From Octopus bimaculoides (Eukaryota), in NCBI RefSeq assembly GCF_001194135.2, contig NC_068989.1:80946982-81010981 (forward strand): 64,000 bases of DNA, given 5' to 3'. Within the stretch, counting starts at the first letter, position 1, and every line of letters begins with the position of its first letter. The notes beneath the pieces were generated by a model that did no database searches, had not been told where the DNA came from, and was given only the letters and a program-made list of their open reading frames with translations. This document shows, one piece after another, positions 1-13,750 of the stretch. The position numbers and the translations under genes were made by a program.

Positions 1-135
1 ATCCAGCTGTAGAAACTCTGCCAAATTAGACTGGAGCCTGGTGTTGCCATCCGGTTTCACCAGTCCTCAGTCAAATCGTCCAACCCATGCTAGCATGGAA
101 AGCGGACGTTAAACGATGATGATGATGATGATGAT
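1..135 (+). mobile_element. RTE-family 3' tail (young copy)
   Basis: Nearly identical to the 3' end of the 24120-25514 element; ends in (GAT)n. Confidence 0.85.
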
Positions 136-711
136 ATATATATATATATATAAGTTCAAAAAAGGAAAAAGACAAAAAAACAACAACAAAAAGCAACAAC
201 GTGAGGACGTGATACAGATTGTGTCATTAGAGGCTCGGGAAAGGATATATATGTAATTATATGTGTGTGTAATTATATATATATATATTATACACACACA
301 CACACACACACACACACAACACAAGATATAGTAATAGAGAGGAGAAGGAAGAAGTAAGCACATATCAATCATACAAACTTGGCAGAAATGAACTCAATTG
401 CTGGGCTTTCTTTGATCAGAGAATTTCCATTCACCTCAATTAGTTTCATCAGAAGAGAAGGTGGATGAAGNNNNNNNNNNNNNNNNNNNNNNNNNNNNNN
501 NNNNNNNGGGGGGGGGGGGGTTGTGATATTCCAATTCTTACCTTAGAACACAAAGTAACAAAAGTGAAATAAATAATAATGATGATGATGATGATGATGA
601 TGATAATAATAATGATAATAATAATAAACAGAAGTCAAAAGCAAGTCATGAATCCCCTTTACTCTGGAGCCTAACAAATGCATTACAGGGTCTTGCTATA
701 TATATATATAT

Positions 712-762
<51 letters not shown>

Positions 763-2797
763 AAATTTATGCACTGAAACTAATTACCTTTGAGTTAAAA
801 AGAGATCAAAAAGATTCTCAAATACCAAGAGAGGAAAATGAAAGAAAAATACAAATATGTTGAAGCCTAAGGAAGAAGATAAGCTCATATATACACACAC
901 ACACATATATATGAGCTTATCTTTTTCTACATCAATTCACATAACATTTTGTCAAGATGGATTTCAGCAATCATACAGCATTTCCCAAATTTGGATAAAA
1001 GAATAGAGAATGTTAGAGACCAAATCATAAACTTAACATTCAATATAACCTTCAATATGTTATAACCATATCCATTTAGCTGTCGTATCTATTCAAGCAT
1101 TGCTGTGTAGTTAAGTTTGCGTCCAAATTGCATGACTCTGGGTAGAGTCCCATTGCACAGCACTTTGGGCAAGTGTCTTCCACTGTAATCATAGGCAGTC
1201 TAAAGCTTTATCCTTCACTTGTTTCAGTCATTAGACTGTGGCCATGCTGGGGCACCACCTTGAAGAATTTTTAGTCAAATGAATCAACCCTAGTACTTGT
1301 TATATTTTTTTTTAAGCTTCACATCAATTTTATTGCTCTCTTTTGCTAAACTGCTACATTACAGGGACACAAACGCAGCAACACTGGTTGTCAAGCAGTG
1401 GTTGAGGGACAGACACAGACATACATAAATGATGGGTTTCTTTCAGTTTCTGCCTGCTAAATCCATTCACAAGATTTGTTCAGCCTGAGGCTCTAGAAGA
1501 CACTTGCCCAAGGTGCCACACAGTGGGATTGAACCCAGAACTATGCGGTTGGGAAGCAAACTTCTAACGAGACAGTCATGCCTGCACCTACTTATGAATG
1601 AATTTGGTAGATGGAATCTGAAAAAAGCTCGTCATATATATCTTCTTTTCTACTCTAGGCACAAGGCCCGATATTTTGGGGAGGGAAGGGGCCAGTGGAT
1701 TAAATCGACCCCAGTATGCAACTGGTACTTAATTTATTGATCTCAAAAGGATGAAAGGCAAAGTCAACCTCAGCGGAATTTGAACTCAAAACGTAAAGAC
1801 AGATGAAATACCACTAAGCATTTCACCTGTCTCTCTCCACCTGTTTCTTGCAATTCATATCAATACATTCATCAAAAACATTTTTTCAGGGGCCCTTGAA
1901 ATACTATTGTGAATCCCCAATTTACTATATTATTGCATGGACTCCCAAAAATATTTATATGGACCCACCCCCACTTGCTAAAAGCAGCAACCAAATTATC
2001 TCTCAAATCACACCCTACTGTCACAAAATAAAAAGGGGTCACATCTTATAAATTAGCCCTAATTACAACAGGTCATAAAAAAATAATGACCTAAATTATA
2101 TTTTGATCATAGGTCTGCTAAATCAGGGACTAAACAACAACAGTATTTAACATTTATCTTTCTATGTTATTGTTAAGCCACAGGTCAGCTTTACTCAAGG
2201 AGATAAATGATCAAAATTGTGCTCCAATTATGAACTTTTAATATCACCTCACCAAAACTGGAATGACAAAAGCAGCCAAATTATCCTTGACTTACATAAT
2301 GGGTCTTTTAAAAAGGATAGGAAGGTCAAGGTTAGAGTATCTTTGATAAATGGCTTTATAACAATATCAGAAGAAAAAAAGATAATGATATATCTATTTT
2401 ACAGGTCAAGGCCATCTTTTACTTTTCTTTTTTCAAGCATAGTGCGGCTGTTTTGTTAAGAAGCTTGCTTCCCAACCATGTCATCTTAGGTTCTAACCCA
2501 TTGTGCAGCACTTTGAGAAAGTGTCTTCTGTTATAACCCTAGACCAACGAAAACCTTATGAGTACATTTGATATACAGAAATTGAAAGAAGCCCATCAAG
2601 TGTGTGTGTGTATGTATATATTACATATTCTGTGTTCTAACACAACACTTAAGTGGGAGATAAATATTACCTTTGATATTAATACTGCTTCTGTTGCTAT
2701 TAATTACTTTTTAATTAAACCCACAGACTACTTGCGATACCAGTGCTTGAATAGGCACTGATATTCTATGTCATTAATGGGGGAATCGGCTGCTATG

Positions 2798-3052
2798 GAC
2801 TGGCTCTTGTACGGGTGGCACATAAAAGACACCATTTCGAGTGTGGCCGTTTTTGTGCGGGTGACACGTAAAAGCACCCACTACACTCTCTGAGTGGTTG
2901 GCGTTAGGAAGGGCATCCAGCTGTAGAAACTCTGCCAAATTAGATTGGAGTCTGGTGTAGCCATCCGGTTGCACCAGTCCTCAGTCAAATCGTCCAACCC
3001 ATGCTAGCATGGAAAGCGGACGTTAAACGATGATGATGATGATGATGATGAT
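2798..3052 (+). mobile_element. RTE-family 3' end (young copy)
   Basis: Same 3' UTR and (GAT)n tail as 25203-25514. Confidence 0.85.
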
Positions 3053-3199
3053 ACCTCACTGAACATCTGCCATTAAGAAGCCCAAGGAATGGCAAAAATC
3101 ACATAATTTGGCAGTTCCAGTGGTCATAGTGAGCAGTTATCACCTGTCAATAATATTAACACAAGTGCTTTTATGCACAAGTCTGTATGAAAGGAGAGA

Positions 3200-3990
3200 T
3201 GATGAGATGTGGAAGAGGGGCATCAAAACTGGTGGAGAAAATTCACAGTTTTCTAGATGAGGACTATCTATAAAGACAATAAGCATAGAGTTAAGAGTTG
3301 ATGTGGCAACTGTACACAGAATTATTCATGAAGATCTAAACATGTGCAAAATTTATGCAAAGTTTGTTCCTAGGGTGTTCAGTGAGTTGGTAACAGCAGG
3401 GAGATGGTTGAGTTTGTTAGCTCTAATTCAAGAGTACTTGAGTTTCTGGTGACCTGTGATGATCCGGAGAGTGAGAGAGTGCCCAATGGAAGCATTGTGG
3501 CTCCCCCAGACCCAAGACTTTGGTAATGATAACCCCCTTTTTCGATAGCAAAGAAGGACATCTGCTGGGTTCCCTTGGATTAGACAGTCAACAAAGAATA
3601 CCTTGTGGAGGTTTTTAAGGAGTCCAAGAAGTGATTTCATGGCAAAAGGCCAGAGCTCTTTTACTTAGTTTGGTGGCACCTATACCAGGACACTGCATCA
3701 GTCCATAATCCTGTCTTGACAAGAGAGACATGAGCATCAAAACCGTCCCTCGCTCTCTGTACAGTCCCAACCATGCTCCCTGAGACTTTTGAGTGTTCCC
3801 GAAGCTGAACAAAGACCTCAGGGGCAGTCGTTTTGAAGACATTGAGAAGATGAAGGAGCCTGTGATAAGGATCCTGGGCTCCTGCACTTTGGAGGACCTC
3901 CATGGACCCTTCACAAAGTGCGGGAGCACTAGAACAAGTACATTGAAATGAGAAGATCCTACTGTCAAATCCCACCCAATCAACAATTTG
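3200..3990 (+). mobile_element. Degenerate mariner transposase fragment
   Basis: Translates VATVHRIIHEDLNMCKIYAKFVPRV and PRSLYSPNHAP*DF*VFPKLNKDLRGSRFEDIEKMK, decayed forms of the mariner WVPREL and YSPDLAP motifs. Multiple stops and frameshifts; TIRs not resolved; ends approximate. Confidence 0.8.
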
Positions 3991-5140
3991 GAAAAACCAC
4001 ATTGTTTTTAATTTAATTTTTATTTACAATCATGTACCCTTTGTGTCACTAAACTTTATCCATTTTTCAAATGAAAGATTTTCATTTTATTCCACTTGTC
4101 TTCCAGGATAATTTGTAAACAGATTTTATGTTATGTTCATATAACCTCAGCATTTTTGCTCAAACACTTTCATGTGAAGACATGGAATGTAAATATTCAC
4201 AGACATGCACACCTACCATCATCATCATCATCAAATGTCCATTTTCGATGCTTGCATGGGTTGGATGGTTCCACAAGATCCAATGGCTCCAAGGTCTGCA
4301 TCATGTTCCAGTGTCTGCTTTGGCATGGTTCCTATGACTGGATGCTCTTCCTAATGCCAACCACTTTACAAACATGTACTGTTGTGCTTCCTTTATGCCA
4401 CTAGCACTAGTGAGGTTGCCCTGCAGCTCACAAAACTACAAACTCTTAGTAGAGTGGTGGGGGGTCAACTTCATGCTAGGAGATGAGGTGCTAAAATATG
4501 AGAGAAGGTGGGGGCAGAGCAGATTCTTATAAAGGAAGCTCACATTTAGAAGGGAGAGAATGACCAGTAAGTGCTGTAAAGAGACATATACATGTCTTCG
4601 TGTTTGTCTCTCACAGCTTGATAACAAGTGTCGGTTTGTTTATGTCTCCATAACTTAGTGGTTCAGCAAAATGACACCAATAAAATAAGTACCATCATCA
4701 TCATCATCATTTAATGCCCACTTTCCATGCTGGCATGGGTCGGGTGATTTGACTGAGGGCTGGCAAGCCAGAAAGCTGCGCCAGGCTCCAATCCGATCTG
4801 GCAATATTTCTACAGTTGGATGCCCTTCCTAACACCAACCACTCTAAGAGTGTAGTGGGTGCTTTTCACATGTCACCAGCACAGGAGCCAGTTAGGTGGC
4901 ACTAGCAATGACCACACTCAAATAGTGCTTTTTACATGCCACCAGGACGGGACCAGTCAGCCGGCATTGGCATCGACCATGCTCGAATGGTGCTTTGTAT
5001 GTGCCACTGGCACAGAAAATAAGTAATGAGGATGATTTTATTGACTAAACCTTTCGAGGTGGTGCCCAGCATGGCCACAGTCCAAGGATTGAAAAAAAAA
5101 TTCAAGTATACAAGTGTTATTGCTATATTCTTTTATCTTA

Positions 5141-5358
5141 CAGCGACGAGCTGGTAGAAACGTTAGCACGCCGGGCAAAATGCTTAGCAGTATTTCGTCT
5201 GTCTTCACGTTTTGAGTTCAAGTTCCGCCGAGGTCAACTTTACCTTTCATCCTTTCAGGGTCGATGAATTTAAGTACCAGTTGCGTGGTGGGGTCGATCT
5301 AATCGACTGCCCCCCCCTCCCCCAAAATTTCAGGCCTTGTGCCTAGAGTAGAAAAGTA
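5141..5358 (+). mobile_element. tRNA-derived SINE (Nin-domain-like), near-complete copy
   Basis: GAGCTGGTAGAAACGTTAG head, GAGTTCAAGTTCC B box, GGTCAACTTTACCTTTCATCCTTTCAGGGTCGAT domain. Other copies at about 1641-1828 (-) and 26733-26965 (+). Confidence 0.8.
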
Positions 5359-5606
5359 TATTTTTTTTATCTTCCAAAATAGATAATTGACAGGTAGATA
5401 GACAGATAACTGATAGATAGATAACATGTTGCTAAATGCTACAGAAATAAATAAAAGAACAAAGAAAACTGTTACAGCAGCCAAACTGCTAAATATTTTG
5501 CAGCAGTTTTAGAAACAATTTAGCCTAGAAATACTAACAATTCAATCTCCTACACAATGTGCCATATTACATATTATATATATAGGCATGTATGTATGTG
5601 TGTATG

Positions 5607-5648
<42 letters not shown>

Positions 5649-8600
5649 TACATACATACAGACAGACAGAACTTCATTCTGTAAAAATACTTAAGATATA
5701 GCAAAATGGGAAAGAGAAGGTAGTGGAATGGCAGAAATGGTTAGCTAGAGCGCCAGACTAAATAAATACCAACCACTAAGTACTATGTTCTCAAGAGTAC
5801 AAATCCTGTGAGTTAACTTTACCAGCATCAACGACACAAGTACCAGCTACATGCCAGTGTCAATTCAATACTAAGAACTCTAATTACCAATTAGACAAAT
5901 CAGAGGAATGGATGGCAACAAAGTCACGCTGAGTGGCTTGCGATTTTTAGTTATAGCCATTTTTGTTTTCAGTTCCAAGTTTAAATCCATCCACATTGGA
6001 CGCAATAAAACAAATACCAGTTAACTTCAAGAGTTGATATAATCAACTCCATCTTCAAACCTCCCAGCATGACACCTTGGGCAAGTGTCTTCTACTATAG
6101 CCTCAGACTGACCAAAGCCTTGTCAGTGGATTTGGTAGATGGAAACTGAAAGAAGCCTATCATATATATGTATATATATGTACATATATACATATATATA
6201 TATATATTTGTATGTTTGTGTGTGTGTCTGTGTTTGTCCCCCAACCATCGCTTGACAATTGATGTTGGTGTTTAAGTCCCTGTAACTTAGTGGTTCTGCA
6301 AAAGAGACCAATATAGTAAGTACTAGGCTTATAAAGAATAAGTCTTGGCAGCAATTTAACTAAAGGCGGTGCTCCAGCATGGCCAGTAAAATAATAAAAA
6401 TTATTATATTATTACTATTATTCATCAGCATCACCATTTTTAATGTCCACTTTTCACGCTTGAAATAGGTCAGATGGAATTTGTTGAAGCGGATTTTCTA
6501 TAGCCAAATGCCCTTCCTGTTTGATAATGTCTGTCCATCTGTCTATAGATGGACAGACAGACAGACAAACACACACACACACAGTGGGCTTCTTTTAGTT
6601 TCCATCCATCAAATCCACTCACAAAGCTTTGGTAGGCCTGATGCTACAGTAGAAGATACCTGCCCAAGGTGTCACATAGTAGAATTGAGCCTTAGACCAC
6701 ATGATTGGGAAGCATATATTATATATATATATATATATAATATATAAATATACACACACACACACACATATATATATATACATCTTCTCTTAAAGCAATG
6801 CCCTACAGATCAAAAAGCAAACAACACCCCCACTTCATGGTTGAACAGTTAGGTTAGCAAACAGGAGACTAGGAGAGGTCGCCAGCTGTACAAACAATCT
6901 GATCTAACAAATAAGTCATCTTACTTAAGCAAACAGAAAAATGGATGTAAATTAGTATATGGTGATAGATCAGCCACCAGCTTCAGCTGTTTAATCAAGT
7001 TGATTACTTACATGTTAAATTAACATCTAAGTGGCTAACTGAATGTTCCACATATCTGTGGTACATCATCATTATTTTAATGTACACTTTTCCATGTTTG
7101 CATGGGTCAGACAGTATTTGATGCAAACTTTTTATAGCCAGATGCAATTCCTCACCAGTTTCCAAGCCAAGTAATATTTCCCCCATGGTCAGACATATTT
7201 ATCGCAGAAGACAAGAATCAAACAACATTGCTTGTATGACTGATGGTTATTTACAACCATCACATATCTAGACAAAGATACACACATATACACACAATCA
7301 AATCCACTCACAAAGCTTTGGTCGGCATGGGATTGTTGAAGACACTTGCCCAAGGTGCCATGCAGTGAGACTGAACTCAAGACCACATAGTTGGAAAACT
7401 AACTTCTCAACCATACTGCCACATCTTAACATAATTCTCAGGCCAAATCAATATGATATAATATAACAAGGAGTTTTGAAATATAGGTACAATTCATCTA
7501 GCAGGCTTCCACACAGCCTCTGTTAATTCAAAACTATGGTAAAAGACACTTGTTCAAGACACTATGTAATATCAAACCTGGGATCCCCCAATTGCAAAAC
7601 GAACTTCTTAGCAACAGAGTAATACGAGCACTCGTAACATATATGCACCCACTCACACTCTAGAAAATGAGGGAGCCACTATGTGGTCACTTGATTTGCT
7701 AGAAATATCAGCACAGCATCTCAAATTACACTAAAAACAAAAATAGGGACACCTTTGATAATCTCTGCAAAGATTAGTTGGTCATAGCTAAAATCTCTTT
7801 GATCATAAGGGCTCAGACAGAGCTGAACTGGAATAACACATACACACAATATTTGTTGAGTTGCTATTCAAACACAAATTTAAATATGTAAATACTTATA
7901 TACTGGTGAGACTTCAAAGTAAATTTTCAATGAAAAGAATATAAATGGTTGCATGATCCCAGTATGTTATCAAGCCATTATTCCACAAGCCCTAAAGTAT
8001 TAAAAAGTAAAGATCAATCTCTGGTGAGTATTGAACCTAGACCTTAAAAGGCTGAAACAACTAAATACTGTATTACATTTACACCAGGGCTTTACACAAT
8101 TCCTGCCAACTCCACCAAAATCAAGTTACCAACATTAAATAAAACTCCATCTTATTGAACAACCAAGATGTGAGGTGGGAGTAGATGTGAGATTTGGTAA
8201 CGCCTCTGACAAAATTCTTTGTGGTGTTTGGTTACATTCTAAGTTGAAATCCTACATGTACATTTGACATAGCTTTTCATTGTATAGACGTCAATAAAAT
8301 AAGTACCAAAAGTTGGAAAGAAAGATACAGGCAACTGTAACCTTGAAGGCAAGGTTCCGTTGATATAGTCAGTCCTTGAGGCTTTTGTCAGTATCAGAAT
8401 ATAGTTTTGCTGGCTTCAATCCAATGACTGAAACAAGCAAAAGAGTAAAGGATTAAGGGGGCAAAAAAGAATGGAAGAATTTAACAGAGTGAAAAGGCCT
8501 TGAGGATTATAAAAGTGAGAAAGAATGGAAAAAAAGAAAGGAATTCTATGAATGGTTAGGAACTGGATAAAAACAAGAACTTGAAAGAATGACAACCAGA

Positions 8601-11600
8601 AGAGGTTGAAGCAAGGATAAGAAAAAAAAAGGTAATGATTAAATCTGAAATAAGAATAAAAAAAAAACATTTGTCTAGCAGGAAGAATAGCTAGACAGGT
8701 CTCATAGGAGGTACACAAGGGAGATGAAAGTAGTTCTTAAAGGAAGAGGCAAATATAAGTTCATAGTATTTAGAATAGGAATACTTGTGGGGATTGGTAA
8801 ATAGGATTAAGGAAGTCGTGTAAAAAAAAAGAAAGATAAGGATAGAGAATTGCAGTTGGATTGAACAGGGTTAATAATAGCAAAGGTGTAGTGTTAAGGT
8901 GTTACCTACATCTATGCACTTTCTAGATTCATATATTATGTGAATGTGTGAAGGAGTGAGTGAGAAAGCATGATGTACTGAAGAACCCTTTTTCATTTTC
9001 TTGCATCACATGCAAAAGGCAATAGTAACGATATCCAACTTCTGGAAGTAGGCAGCCCCAACTACTGAAATTACCACAGCTACACACAAACACACAAGCA
9101 ATTATCAAAGAGGAAATGCCTGTAAATATAATTACACTAATACTTAAGACAACAGCATTAGGTATTTTGCACTTGTTTGTTATTAATCAAATCAGTAATT
9201 AAAAGTATATTTGCAGAACAGCAGAAGTAGTGGGTTGCTACAACAATGATGATGGTGATGAGAAAAGTATGGAGTGTAGTGGGCATTCTGTAATCTTTCA
9301 TTACATGTGAAAATATTTCCATTTAATAATCTCAACCCAAACCAGAGATGTTTACTTAAGTCACAAGACATTGTAAAAGATTCAGTAGTTTAATGATTTT
9401 AATTGCTATATAAAACCAAATAGACAGTGAAAGTGGTGATGTTAATTACTTCATACATAATTCTACAATATATATATATATATAACAGTCATTCATCTAG
9501 TCAACCTTAGATCAAGTTGACCTTATGATGCTCTTTACTAACTTTGCATAATGCTCCTTCACCTGGTCACTCCTTGATAAAGTTGACCTTGTAAGAAGGC
9601 TAAGGCTACCCCAATTAATGTCCATTTTATATCTGAATCCACACTGCACTCCTTCAACAAGACTTCTCTCAACTCCTCAATTTCACATCTCTCACCTCCA
9701 CGCACATAATTAAAACTTCTCCAGCTGCTCCAACTCCCTCAACAAGACAGCTGGTTCTGAAGGTATCATTTCTGTTATTCTTAAACAGATCTCCTCAAAA
9801 CCAGCTCTCAATGCACACAAACAGTGCATTCAGGAGGACTATCTCTCTTCATGTGCAAAGTCAGTTTTACAGGTGTCAGCAATTATGGACCTCTATACTA
9901 AAATTTGAAGATTCAAGATTTTTCTCAGGAAAAATACAACAGCATTCCCAGTTAATTTCAGCTAGTTAATTAATTTACTCTATTAGTATCCTGCTCTCCA
10001 AAGCTTACCCTCAAGACAACTTATTTAACCCTTTGGCAGGATGACTAGTTCATGTGACAACAGGGTTTATCCTCACACTGGTGACCAGTGACACACATAT
10101 ACAAGAGCCAACCTTTTCCGAGTCCTGCGAGCCTCAGTCACAGGACCATCTTGTATTATTTGACCTATATTTGAGGCTCTTGACAAGAACAACCACCCCA
10201 ATTCTGAGCACATCTGAGAGTAGTGGTGATTAAGGGGCAACTTAACTCATGAACTCCCAAGCTGGAGCCTCATCACTGGATAAAGTTTAATGTCTCACCC
10301 AAGACTGCATTATTCAATGCTTCCTTTTTTTTTCATTTTTCTAAGACAGTATGAAGGAAGCCATAGCTATCTTTTCAAGCAAATTCAGCAACCACAGAGA
10401 AGTGTTTCTGTTGGCCTGGGACAACAAATGTCTAATTGTTGCTGTTTATTCTCAAATCAGTTAGATTCAGCAGACTTTATGACCAAAATTATTCCAACCT
10501 TTTGCTATTAGAATTTTTTGTTATTTGCTGTTCAATCACAGGGTAGCCAAGACTTCATTACCTAATGTATCCTTTCTTTTCTTAAAGACATTAGAATACA
10601 AAGTGATGGAAAATTGTCTGTTATTCCTAATAAAAGCTCTTTGGTTTGTTTGAAACAACAAGGGTAGATTAAGCCCATGGTGGACATTTTATGAGTTTGA
10701 CTCATAAGTGCAGACACGATTATGTGGTTAAGAAGTTACTAAGCAACCAAGTGTTTTTGGTTCAGTTCCACTGCACAGCACCATGGCCAAGTGCCTTTTA
10801 CTATAGCACCGAGACAATCAAGGTCATGCAAGTAAATTAGGAAAACAGACCTGTATATATGTGTGCGCGTGTGTGTGCGTGAATGTTTGCATTCCAGGCT
10901 TGTCATTATTTGAATGAAATGTTTACATTTCTTGTTGACATTGCAAACAATCACTCTACGCTTTCAAAAACCTGGCCACAGTCCAATGAATAAAATCGGT
11001 AAAAGAGAATAGAAAGATTAGAATTTATGTTATTCAGCATGTGTTTAATTTTTAACATAATGAAATGATATTATGAAGATCTATAAATTTATGCCACAAA
11101 ATAGAAATAACTAAAATATTGAATTGCCATGGGTCTCACTGGTAATTATTATAAGTTAAACGAAAACAATAAGTTATTTATGCATTCTTCATCATGCGGC
11201 CAACTTATGAAATATCAATAAACATACAACTCCAGCACGACTGCAGCTTTAAAGCTGAAACAAGTTAAAGATACAGCTGATTTAGTATTAACATATGTAA
11301 TATAATGATTATCGACAATCTAATTTAAAATGAATCTGTGGCGAGTAAATGAAAATGTTAGTTAAATTACTAATGTTCAAATCTTTTCAGAAAGTACGAA
11401 GACAACCTCAATCACATTCCCGCCTCATTAGACCTCTTCGCCTTACTTGTTCAAGTAGCGATGATAGAAATAATAATAATAAAAAACGGAGAAAATATGC
11501 CCGTGAGTAAAAAAAAAATTAGCGTTTCAAAAAAACAAAAACAAAACAAAAAATGATATTCGAGATAAATTACTCAGGAGCGCCATTCTCATGAAAAAGC

Positions 11601-13466
11601 AATAGTTGAGTTGGTATCGAGTAGTTAGTAACAGCAGGGTATTTTGAGATTTACAATGAAGTTGATCTCAGCTTTATCAAAACCATATTTAAATGTCAAG
11701 CACAGTATATATAGTCTAGAAATAATATAGAAAATGTGAAAACAGATTTAGAACACATGGTGATATAAAACAAAAACAGTGTAAATGCGAATTAATTATT
11801 AATAGCAGCACATACCGGTATGAATTAAGTTTATATATAGAATGTGTATGTATATTATTAAGGGTACATACACTTTGGATATTGAAACGGGTAGGATTCA
11901 TTTACGTAACTTAGAATTTTTTTTTTTTCTAATAGCAAAACGTCATGTTTGAAATGACAGTTATTATTTTTAATATTGTTACAATTATTATTATTAATGC
12001 TATTACTGTTGTTATTATTTAGTACTGTTGTGTAATCGAAAACTGGATCTTTGAATACGTGTTTACCACATTTCCTGGCATTGAAAGTTAATAAATTCCT
12101 CCAGATTGCCTTTCAAAAAAGAAATTGTTTATTTTGTTAGGAATTTGTTTTTTACGTCACAATATAAAGACGTTGTTAGTGTTGTTTGCTCTCGAGTTAG
12201 TTCTGATCGGAGGCCTCCTCCGTTCACAACCTCAGACCATACTATATAATGTGTCACTCCTATTCTTTCTAGCGAGCCGAGCTACCACGTAGGGACTCAA
12301 TAGGTTTCGCGAACCAAATGAGGGACCCTCAATATGATCGCTTGGACTGCTCGGAAAAGCAACCAGATCTTCCTTAAATCACATACCCTCATCTAAAACA
12401 AAATAAAAAGGGAAAATTTCACTGAGAGGTATGGACCACCCCAGATGAACCCAATTTTATCAGGTATTGTGCTCCTCCGCGCCGAAGAAAAATAGGTTAT
12501 TTAAATGTAAGTGCTTTCATTCATATGTAAAATATATCGCCCATAAATTCTAGGTGATATGTTTTACAAATTCTGGGTTTTCAGTCATTCCATGTATGTG
12601 TGTATCAGCATGAAAAGAAACGTAAAAAAACGTTAAAAGAAAATCGTAATGCCCTCTCTCTACTCCAGATCAGCTTCAGGCCCGTTAATTATGTTAGAAC
12701 TGGAGAAAAAAAAAAGTAAATACTTCAGAGAGAAAAAAGTACTAAAAATGATCAGTTCGCAACTTTTATAAAACTTCTATCAAACTTTGTATAACAAGAG
12801 AAATTGAGAACAATTTACACACAAATATACAGACACGCAACTACTGTGAAACAACAATAATTCCCTTATTAACAAATATTTGCAGTAAAATTAAAGGAAG
12901 AAGAGATTGCAATTTCACTTGTTGAGTCTCACCATCCAATGTCAGAACAACATTGTTTCTCAGTTAATTTGCTCGATTATCCCAATTAACTTAAATATCA
13001 AATGGTCTGGATTTGAATGTAGTTTAGACATTTGGAGGTGGCGAAAGATTTACTGATAGAAAACACTAGTGTCGGGTACTAGAAATAGTTTCTAAACTTT
13101 TAAAAAGACCTCTTTGAATCAATCACATAATCTGACAGGAAACAATCAAAATAGAAAACGTGATACATGAGAGGACTTTCTGTTTAATGCTGAAATAAAT
13201 TTTAAATATATACATATATTTAAAGAAAACGGTCGGTATATTTACTCACAGTAAAGCAACAGAAGTTAAGAAGAAACTACTGGCAGTCCTCGAAAACTAA
13301 AAGTAAATACAAATAAGTTCTACTTAGCGAACTTTTTGTATTTTTACAGAGGACTGTCATTCATGATACATAAGGTTTGAGAAAAAGGGGGAAAATGCCG
13401 TCTTAATGTATGAAACGCTATTCTTCTTTTTAAAAAAAGTTTTAGAAATTTTTATTTATTTTAGGG

Positions 13467-13750
13467 CAGGGGTTTTCAAACTTTTTGACTTGCGGACCTC
13501 TTTATATTTCAGGCTTTACCCTTATAAACGCTTATGAAATTTATACATAAATATTTGCTTAAAATAACATATTTTTACATTTATTTCTTTAACAGTATTT
13601 AACAAATAGGTTTATTGTCAATTAAAAGATTTCGATTAAAAAACATATACAAAATCAAATTGCCCATAAAAAGCATTTGCTGTCTACGGACCCCCTGTCT
13701 TGTCCTTGCGGACCCCCTATGTTCCGCGGACCACAGTTTGAAAACCCCTG
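13467..13750. mobile_element. hAT (Charlie-like) MITE
   Basis: Perfect 16-bp TIR CAGGGGTTTTCAAACT / AGTTTGAAAACCCCTG, 8-bp TSD TTTTAGGG / TTTTAGGC (7/8, central TA), subterminal (G/A)CGGACC repeats. 284 bp. Confidence 0.88.

Noticed and set aside
788-866. Possible minus-strand exon (ttccttag|...AAG|gtaatt) with one open hydrophobic frame
   Set aside because: Composition explained by T-rich DNA; no partner exons or recognisable product.
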